Below are positions 57,095-64,000 of a stretch of DNA of 64,000 bases, in pieces. A program made the position numbers and the translations under genes. Under the pieces are notes generated by a model. That model saw only the letters and a program-made list of their open reading frames with translations, was not told the origin of the DNA and searched no databases. Each line of letters begins with the position of its first letter. Positions within the stretch are counted from its first letter, which is position 1. This stretch comes from an uncultured Phocaeicola sp. GTDB lineage: Bacteria; Bacteroidota; Bacteroidia; Bacteroidales; Bacteroidaceae. The stretch spans positions 11,918 through 75,917 of the forward strand of contig CANPVZ010000011.1 of assembly GCA_947581855.1 (NCBI GenBank). Reading direction: 5' to 3'.

Positions 57095-57367
57095 ATGAAA
57101 AAAATATTGCGATTATTGCTTATTGTCTCCTTATTTTATATCCTGTGATGCTCAGTGGGTCAGATGAAGGAAGATTATCAGAACTCTGGTGATTCGATAA
57201 AACTTGATTCTACGAAATTATACTTCGGCAAGGTTTATGCCATAGATAAACTTCCTTTGGATGTGTATGAGTATGTTCCGAAAGATACGCTTGATATGTG
57301 GTTGCCTATTTTTGAGGCAATATACGAATACGATAAATATTGTACCTCGGACAATCTCTCAGAATAA
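57095..57367 (+). pseudogene. Lipoprotein pseudogene with in-frame TGA at the lipobox
   Basis: MKKILRLLLIVSLFYIL*CSVGQMKED...: TGA at 57146-57148 directly before Cys, frame continues into ORF 57155-57367. Confidence 0.6.
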
Positions 57368-57782
57368 GAAAAATTCTGTTAGTTATTCTCTACCACTTTA
57401 TTAGTTACATTGCCTTATATTATTTTTATTTGTCAAGGAAAAACTAATAATGCGGGAGAAGTGCCGGAAAACGGTTGTCGGGCAAAATACGGCATTCATG
57501 AAAAAACAAGGGAGGGTTTGTTTGCCCAATAGTAGTCATGGTAGCCTATTGCGTATAAAAAAGTTAAAAGCCTCCTTTTAGCCTAAAAACACTAAATAGA
57601 AATGGCTGGTTTGGGGACGGGTTTCGGATGCTGGACTTACCTTTTTGTCTATCCCTGTGAGGCTACGGAATCACAAGACCGTCTTTTATGGAATATTAAA
57701 TTTCAATACGAACCAATATCTGAATTTATATCTATCTTTGCTCCATCGACAGGTAATAAATGAATGACTAAATAATAGAATT

Positions 57783-58784
57783 ATGGAATTTCTAACTAAT
57801 GAAAAACTGACGCTTGTAGGTGCGGCCGGTATGATCGGTTCTAATATGGCACAAACTGCTGCCATGATGCGCTTGACTCCCAATTTATGCTTGTATGATC
57901 CCTTTGCTCCGGCATTGGAGGGTGTAGCAGAAGAAATGTTTCATTGCTCTTTCGAGGGGATGAATATTACTTTTACTTCTGATATAAAAGAAGCACTGAC
58001 TGATGCAAAATATGTAATCTCTTCGGGTGGTGCAGCGCGTAAGGCAGGGATGACTCGTGAAGATCTTCTGAAAGGAAATGCAGCGATTGCAGAACAGTTG
58101 GGAAAGGATATCAAGGCTTATTGTCCTGATGTAAAACATGTAGTCGTTATTTTTAATCCGGCAGATATCACGGGATTGATTACTTTATTGTATTCTGGAC
58201 TAAAACCATCTCAGGTCAGTACTTTGGCTGCTTTGGACAGTACTCGTTTACAGAGTGCCTTGGTCAAGCATTTTGGTGTAATGCAAAGTAAAGTCGAAAA
58301 TTGCCGTACTTATGGTGGACATGGAGAACAGATGGCTGTATTTGCTTCGACTGCTAAAGTTGATGGAAAACCGTTATCGGATTTGATCGGTACGTCGGCT
58401 TTGACTAATGAACAATGGGCCGAAATGAAACAGAATGTGATACAGGGAGGTAAGCACATTATTGATTTACGCGGTCGGTCTTCTTTCCAAAGTCCGGCGT
58501 ATGTCTCCGTCGAGATGATTCGTGCGGCAATGGGAGGAACTCCTTTCAGATGGCCGGCAGGAACTTATGTATATTCGGAGGGTTTTGACCATATTATGAT
58601 GGCAATGGAAACTGAAATTACAAAGGACGGTATTTATTATAAAGAGGTGAAAGGAACTCCGGAAGAAGTTTCGGCATTGCAAGCTAGTTATAAACATCTT
58701 TGTGCATTGCGTGATGAAGTGATTGCTATGGGTGTTTTGCCTCCTATTAATGAGTGGAATAAATTGAACCCTAATATAAAATAG
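57783..58784 (+). CDS. mdh: Malate dehydrogenase
   Basis: LVGAAGMIGS, RKAGMTREDLL..N, FNPAD, LDSTR, GGHGE. Confidence 0.9.
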   Translation: MEFLTNEKLTLVGAAGMIGSNMAQTAAMMRLTPNLCLYDPFAPALEGVAEEMFHCSFEGMNITFTSDIKEALTDAKYVISSGGAARKAGMTREDLLKGNAAIAEQLGKDIKAYCPDVKHVVVIFNPADITGLITLLYSGLKPSQVSTLAALDSTRLQSALVKHFGVMQSKVENCRTYGGHGEQMAVFASTAKVDGKPLSDLIGTSALTNEQWAEMKQNVIQGGKHIIDLRGRSSFQSPAYVSVEMIRAAMGGTPFRWPAGTYVYSEGFDHIMMAMETEITKDGIYYKEVKGTPEEVSALQASYKHLCALRDEVIAMGVLPPINEWNKLNPNIK

Positions 58785-59200
58785 TTGATTCAACGATATT
58801 ATTAACAGAATTTTGCAAGCCAGGCCTTAAAGGATTGAATCATATAATTGCTTTGCTCGTAAGCGAATAAGTAGTTACTGAACAATTGATAATTCTCTAG
58901 GTAGGGTGATTGATAGAAGATGAGCTAGATTTAAATTCTTGATGGTGCGAGGGTTATTGCTAGTTTTTATCTCATTTGATATAGAAATGTTTTAATGTGT
59001 ATTCCCTGAAAAGTGAATTTGTGAAACATAAAAAATAATCGAAGGCAGATAAATGCGGATTTACAGAAAATATTTCGTATTTATCTGCGCTTTTTTATGC
59101 ATTTCTTGGCCGAAAGTTTTGTTAATAAGGAAAGTATGTGTAATTTTGCGCCGCAATTTATCACAGAATTTTAATAACTAACATATATAATTAAAACAAA

Positions 59201-59392
59201 ATGATTGTAGTACCTGTAAAAGAAGGCGAAAACATTGAAAAAGCGCTGAAGAAGTTTAAAAGAAAATTTGAAAAAACTGGTGTGATTAAAGAACTGAGAA
59301 ATAGACAACAGTTTGATAAACCGTCTGTTATAAAGAGATTTAAGAAAGAACGTGCAATTTACGTTCAGAAACTTCAGCAAGTAGAAGAATAA
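59201..59392 (+). CDS. rpsU: 30S ribosomal protein S21
   Basis: MIVVPVKEGENIEKALKKFKRKF...FDKPSV. Confidence 0.97.
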   Translation: MIVVPVKEGENIEKALKKFKRKFEKTGVIKELRNRQQFDKPSVIKRFKKERAIYVQKLQQVEE

Positions 59393-59467
59393 TAATTTCG
59401 CAAATTTCTTTGAATTTATTGATTTATTTCCATATATTCGTTGCTGAATTATAGAGTGACGATTCTT

Positions 59468-60367
59468 ATGCTAATAGATCTTTTCTTGGATTACCTGCGA
59501 ACTGAACGGAACTATTCCAACCACACGATAGTTGGATATGGAACGGACTTGAAAGAGTTCCAGATGTTCTTTACCGGAATGGATAAAGAGCTGGATTGGG
59601 AGACTGTGGATTCGGATATTGTTCGTCAGTGGGTGATGTCTCTGATGAGTACGGAGAAAAATGGTCTGCACATGCAGTCGTCTTCTGTAAATCGTAAACT
59701 GAGTAGTTTGCGTGCCTTTTATCGTTTCCTGTTGGTCCGAGGACATGTAAAAATGAACCCGGTGTCTAAGGTGAAGGGACCGAAAAGGGGAAAACCATTA
59801 CCTTTCTTTTTAAGAGAATCGGAAATGGATAAGTTGTTAGATCAGGTGGAATTTACAGAAGACTTTATGGGTTGTCGTGATAAAATGATTCTTGAGATGT
59901 TTTATTCTACAGGGATGCGTTTGTCTGAGCTCATTGGACTGAATGATGTGGATGTTGATTTCTCGGCTTCATGGATAAAGGTAACAGGGAAAAGAAATAA
60001 GCAAAGGCTGATTCCTTTCGGGGATGAGTTGCGTGAAGCGTTGCTTATATATATTAAGGTAAGAAATGAAACTTTGCCGGTGCGGATGTCGAATGCTTTT
60101 TTTATCAGAAAGAATGGCGATCGATTGTATCCAGCGTTGGTTTATAATTTAGTAAGAAAGAATCTATCGAAAGTTACTGCGTTAAAGAAGCGTAGCCCTC
60201 ATGTACTGAGGCATACTTTTGCAACTTCAATGTTGAATCATTCCGCTGAATTGGGCGCTGTAAAGGAATTGCTGGGACATGATAGTTTGGCAACTACTGA
60301 AATTTATACGCATACGACTTTTGAAGAGCTTAAACAAATTTATAAACAGGCTCATCCACGAGCATAA
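59468..60367 (+). CDS. xerC: Chromosomal tyrosine recombinase XerC-like
   Basis: TGMRLSEL, GKRNKQR, SPHVLRHTFAT, LLGH.SL.TTEIYTH, HPRA; rpsU-xerC-hpf synteny. Confidence 0.85.
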   Translation: MLIDLFLDYLRTERNYSNHTIVGYGTDLKEFQMFFTGMDKELDWETVDSDIVRQWVMSLMSTEKNGLHMQSSSVNRKLSSLRAFYRFLLVRGHVKMNPVSKVKGPKRGKPLPFFLRESEMDKLLDQVEFTEDFMGCRDKMILEMFYSTGMRLSELIGLNDVDVDFSASWIKVTGKRNKQRLIPFGDELREALLIYIKVRNETLPVRMSNAFFIRKNGDRLYPALVYNLVRKNLSKVTALKKRSPHVLRHTFATSMLNHSAELGAVKELLGHDSLATTEIYTHTTFEELKQIYKQAHPRA

Positions 60368-60382
60368 AACAAGGAGGTTTGT

Positions 60383-60682
60383 ATGGAAGTAAGAATTCAA
60401 TCAATTCATTTTGATGCAACAGAACAGTTGCAAGCTTTTATCCAAAAAAAAGTGATAAAGCTTGAGAAATATTACGAAGATATAAGAAAGGTTGAGGTGG
60501 TATTGAAAGTTGTTAAACCGGAAACTGCAAAAAATAAAGAGGCGGCTATTCGGGTGTTTGTTCCGAATGAAGAATTATATGCAGAGAAAGTTTGCGATAC
60601 TTTTGAAGAAGCAGTAGATACAGGGCTGGAAGCTCTTTCCAAACAATTGTTGAAATACAAAGAAAAATTGCGTGGTAAATAA
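60383..60682 (+). CDS. raiA: Ribosome hibernation promoting factor (HPF/RaiA)
   Basis: IQSIHFDATEQL...FEEAVD. Confidence 0.88.
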   Translation: MEVRIQSIHFDATEQLQAFIQKKVIKLEKYYEDIRKVEVVLKVVKPETAKNKEAAIRVFVPNEELYAEKVCDTFEEAVDTGLEALSKQLLKYKEKLRGK

Positions 60683-60770
60683 AAAAACTCGCAAATGTTT
60701 TTGTGGATCAAAATAAATAACTAAATTTGCAGCCGTTTCGCCTCCGATGTGGACGGCTGTAAATAAATTT

Positions 60771-60844
60771 GCCTCTTTAGCTCAGTTGGCCAGAGCACGT
60801 GATTTGTAATCTCGGGGTCGTTGGTTCGAATCCGACAAGAGGCT
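60771..60844 (+). tRNA. tRNA-Thr(TGT)
   Basis: GCCTCTT...AAGAGGC-T, anticodon loop TT-TGT-AA. Confidence 0.95.
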
Positions 60845-60856
60845 CGAAGGAGTGAT

Positions 60857-60939
60857 GGGCAAATACCAGAGTGGCCAAATGGGGCAGACTGTAAATCTGC
60901 TGGCTTACGCCTTCGGTGGTTCGAATCCATCTTTGCCCA
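60857..60939 (+). tRNA. tRNA-Tyr(GTA)
   Basis: GGGCAAA...TTTGCCC-A, loop CT-GTA-AA, long variable arm. Confidence 0.96.
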
Positions 60940-60948
60940 CGATAAATT

Positions 60949-61021
60949 GCGGAAGTAGCTCAGTTGATAGAGCATTAGCCTTCCAAGCTGAGGGTCGCGG
61001 GTTTGAATCCCGTCTTCCGCT
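60949..61021 (+). tRNA. tRNA-Gly(TCC)
   Basis: GCGGAAG...CTTCCGC-T, loop CT-TCC-AA; A19 and U56 instead of G19/C56. Confidence 0.94.
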
Positions 61022-61032
61022 CTTTTTAAGTT

Positions 61033-61104
<72 letters not shown>

Positions 61105-61170
61105 CAAAATTTAGAATATATTTTGAAGAATTATTATAGAATATTACTAATCGATAAAAATAAGTAAGCT

Positions 61171-62355
61171 ATGGCTAAAGAGAAATTTGAACGTTCAAAA
61201 CCACATGTTAACATTGGTACAATTGGCCACGTTGACCATGGTAAGACAACTTTGACTGCTGCAATCACTACTGTGTTGGCAAAGAAAGGTCTTTCAGAAG
61301 TGAAGTCTTTCGATCAGATTGATAATGCTCCTGAAGAAAAAGAAAGAGGTATTACTATTAATACTTCTCACGTAGAGTATCAAACTGCTAATCGTCATTA
61401 TGCACACGTAGATTGTCCGGGACACGCCGACTATGTAAAGAACATGGTTACAGGTGCTGCTCAGATGGATGGTGCAATTATTGTAGTTGCTGCAACCGAT
61501 GGTCCGATGCCTCAAACTCGTGAACATATCCTTTTGGCTCGTCAGGTAAACGTACCGCGTTTGGTGGTTTTCTTGAACAAGTGTGATATGGTTGATGATG
61601 AGGAAATGTTAGAGCTTGTTGAAATGGAAATGCGTGAATTGCTTTCATTCTATGATTTTGACGGTGATAATACTCCTATTATTCGTGGCTCTGCTTTAGG
61701 TGCTTTGAATGGTGTTGCAGAATGGGAAGATAAGGTTATGGAATTGATGGATGCTGTAGATACTTGGATTCCTCTGCCTCCGCGTGATGTTGATAAACCA
61801 TTCTTGATGCCTGTTGAGGATGTATTCTCAATTACTGGTCGTGGTACTGTTGCTACAGGTCGTATCGAGTCTGGTATTATTAAAGTTGGTGACGAAGTTG
61901 AAATCCTTGGTTTAGGTGAAGACAAAAAATCTGTTGTAACAGGTGTTGAAATGTTCCGTAAACTGTTGGATCAAGGTGAAGCCGGTGATAATGTTGGTTT
62001 GTTGCTTCGTGGTATTGATAAGAATGAAATTAAACGTGGTATGATTCTTTGTCATCCTGGACAGGTTAAAGCTCACTCTAGATTTAAAGCAGAGGTTTAT
62101 ATCTTGAAAAAAGAAGAAGGTGGACGTCACACTCCATTCCATAATAAATATCGTCCTCAGTTCTATCTTCGTACGATGGACTGTACTGGTGAGATTACTT
62201 TACCGGAAGGAACTGAAATGGTAATGCCGGGTGATAACGTAACAATCACTGTTGAGTTAATATATCCGGTTGCATTGAACGTTGGTCTTCGTTTCGCTAT
62301 TCGTGAAGGTGGACGTACGGTAGGTGCTGGTCAGATTACAGAACTTCTTGACTAA
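61171..62355 (+). CDS. tuf: Elongation factor Tu
   Basis: [29 protein letters not shown]. Confidence 0.99.
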   Translation: MAKEKFERSKPHVNIGTIGHVDHGKTTLTAAITTVLAKKGLSEVKSFDQIDNAPEEKERGITINTSHVEYQTANRHYAHVDCPGHADYVKNMVTGAAQMDGAIIVVAATDGPMPQTREHILLARQVNVPRLVVFLNKCDMVDDEEMLELVEMEMRELLSFYDFDGDNTPIIRGSALGALNGVAEWEDKVMELMDAVDTWIPLPPRDVDKPFLMPVEDVFSITGRGTVATGRIESGIIKVGDEVEILGLGEDKKSVVTGVEMFRKLLDQGEAGDNVGLLLRGIDKNEIKRGMILCHPGQVKAHSRFKAEVYILKKEEGGRHTPFHNKYRPQFYLRTMDCTGEITLPEGTEMVMPGDNVTITVELIYPVALNVGLRFAIREGGRTVGAGQITELLD

Positions 62356-62394
62356 TAATACATAAATTTGGTTCTCTTTCGGGAGAACCAATAT

Positions 62395-62467
62395 ACGGGA
62401 ATAGCTCAGTTGGTAGAGCACCGGTCTCCAAAACCGGGTGTCGGGAGTTCGAGCCTCTCTTCCCGTG
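62395..62467 (+). tRNA. tRNA-Trp(CCA)
   Basis: ACGGGAA...TTCCCGT-G, loop CT-CCA-AA; between tuf and secE. Confidence 0.96.
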
Positions 62468-62484
62468 CTAATATTAAAGAGAAT

Positions 62485-62676
62485 ATGTTTAAGAGTATAG
62501 TAAAATATTGTAAGGAATCTTACGATGAACTTGTCTATAAAGTATCATGGCCGACTCGTTCTGAACTTACTAACAGTGCAGTAGTTGTTTTATATGCTTC
62601 CCTGCTCATTGCGCTGATAGTTTTTGCTATGGACTCAGTTTTCCAGTATGTTATGGAGACCATCTATCCACATTAA
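62485..62676 (+). CDS. secE: Preprotein translocase subunit SecE
   Basis: ELVYKVSWPT motif plus single TM; ATG 62485. Confidence 0.93.
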   Translation: MFKSIVKYCKESYDELVYKVSWPTRSELTNSAVVVLYASLLIALIVFAMDSVFQYVMETIYPH

Positions 62677-62689
62677 TTTAGAGTAAAAC

Positions 62690-63232
62690 ATGTCTGAGAT
62701 TGAAAAGAAATGGTACGTATTGCGTGCTATCAGTGGAAAAGAAAGCAAGGTAAAAGAATATCTCGAGGCTGATATCAAGAACAGCGACCTTGGTGAGTAT
62801 GTATCTCAGGTGTTAATTCCTACCGAAAAAGTGTATCAAGTTCGCAATGGAAAGAAGATTGTGAAAGAAAGAAGTTATCTTCCGGGATATGTTTTGGTGG
62901 AAGCAGCTCTAGTTGGTGAGGTCGCACATCATTTGAGAAATACTCCAAATGTAATTGGTTTTCTAGGAGGCTTGGATAGTCCTACTCCTTTACGTCAATC
63001 TGAGGTGAATCGCATACTTGGTACTGTTGATGAACTACAAGAATCAGGAGAAGAATTGAATATCCCGTATACTGTAGGTGAAACAGTAAAGGTGACGGAA
63101 GGTCCTTTCAGTGGTTTTAGCGGACTTATTGAAGAGGTTAATGGTGAAAAGAAGAAGTTGAAGGTTATGGTGAAGATATTCGGACGGAAAACTCCGTTGG
63201 AATTAGGCTTTATGCAAGTTGAAAAGGAATAA
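62690..63232 (+). CDS. nusG: Transcription termination/antitermination factor NusG
   Basis: KWYVLRAISGKE, LPGYVLVE, KOW GPFSGF, IFGRKTPLEL. Confidence 0.97.
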   Translation: MSEIEKKWYVLRAISGKESKVKEYLEADIKNSDLGEYVSQVLIPTEKVYQVRNGKKIVKERSYLPGYVLVEAALVGEVAHHLRNTPNVIGFLGGLDSPTPLRQSEVNRILGTVDELQESGEELNIPYTVGETVKVTEGPFSGFSGLIEEVNGEKKKLKVMVKIFGRKTPLELGFMQVEKE

Positions 63233-63289
63233 TGCATTTTGTTACGTGTATTATTCTTCTAATAAATGTTTATATAAAAAATTAAGAAA

Positions 63290-63733
63290 ATGGCTAAAGA
63301 AGTTGCTGGACTAATCAAGTTACAGATTAAAGGAGGCGCTGCAAATCCATCACCTCCCGTTGGACCTGCTTTAGGTTCCAAGGGAATTAATATTATGGAG
63401 TTTTGCAAGCAATTCAACGCCAGAACCCAGGACAAGGCAGGTAAAATTTTGCCTGTAATCATTACTTACTACACAGATAAGTCTTTCGATTTTGTTATCA
63501 AGACTCCTCCTGTAGCAATTCAATTGCTTGAAGCTGCGAAGATTAAGGGTGGTTCTGCTGAGCCTAATCGTAATAAAGTTGCTGAGCTTACTTGGGAACA
63601 AATTCGTACGATTGCTCAAGACAAGTTGGTTGACTTGAACTGTTTTACTGTAGAAGCTGCCATGACAATGGTTGCTGGTACAGCTAGAAGTATGGGTATC
63701 GCTGTAAAAGGGGACTTCCCGGGTAATAATTAA
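63290..63733 (+). CDS. rplK: 50S ribosomal protein L11
   Basis: [31 protein letters not shown]. Confidence 0.98.
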   Translation: MAKEVAGLIKLQIKGGAANPSPPVGPALGSKGINIMEFCKQFNARTQDKAGKILPVIITYYTDKSFDFVIKTPPVAIQLLEAAKIKGGSAEPNRNKVAELTWEQIRTIAQDKLVDLNCFTVEAAMTMVAGTARSMGIAVKGDFPGNN

Positions 63734-63748
63734 TAAACTTCAATTACA

Positions 63749-64000
63749 ATGGGTAAACTGACAAAAAATCAAAAGTTGGCTGCAGCGAAAATTGAAGCAG
63801 GGAAAGCATACTCACTCAAGGAAGCCGCAGAGTTAGTAAAGGAGATTACTTATACTAAGTTCGATGCTTCGTTGGATATTGATGTACGTTTAGGTGTGGA
63901 CCCTCGTAAGGCGAATCAGATGGTGAGAGGTGTTGTATCTCTACCTCATGGAACTGGTAAAGTAACCAGAGTCTTGGTTCTGTGTACGCCGGATATGGAA
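63749..64000 (+). CDS. rplA: 50S ribosomal protein L1 (truncated by window end)
   Basis: MGKLTKNQK...[35 protein letters not shown]. Confidence 0.97.
   Translation, partial: MGKLTKNQKLAAAKIEAGKAYSLKEAAELVKEITYTKFDASLDIDVRLGVDPRKANQMVRGVVSLPHGTGKVTRVLVLCTPDME

Noticed and set aside
59468-60367. Tyrosine recombinase near a tRNA cluster as a second island integrase
   Set aside because: XerC-like size and motifs, no arm domain, conserved rpsU-xerC-hpf context, no att duplication seen

Overview
Chromosomal window of a Bacteroidales (Bacteroides/Phocaeicola-like) bacterium. Core parts: rbfA, a sigma54/NtrC-controlled MacAB-TolC-like ABC efflux operon with its two-component system, murI-ompH x3-bamA-uppS, ribD/prmC/recX/comF/pyrE/argH, a cobalamin-riboswitch-led biotin-dependent acyl-CoA carboxylase operon, an ECF/anti-sigma/SusCD locus without CAZymes, mdh, rpsU-xerC-hpf and the tRNA-tuf-secE-nusG-rplK-rplA cluster. 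The accessory highlight is a ~12.3 kb element integrated in tRNA-Leu(UAA), bounded by 17-bp att repeats at 27367 and 39649. It has a tyrosine integrase, excisionase, AAA-helicase/iteron origin/primase/SF2 helicase/VRR-NUC replication module and no recognisable capsid, terminase or conjugation genes (satellite/PICI-like). Its only + strand cargo is an XRE regulator, a DUF3800 (RNase H-like) protein and a predicted BECR-fold nuclease. These face a ~72-nt predicted three-way-junction RNA on the - strand with its own consensus Bacteroidetes promoter and U-tract end. This is the best candidate here for an undescribed protein-ncRNA toxin-antitoxin/anti-phage system. Right of attR lie the probable end scar of a second element and a decayed class C group II intron 3' fragment. 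All calls come from reading the sequence and recalled motifs; no database searches or folding programs were run.
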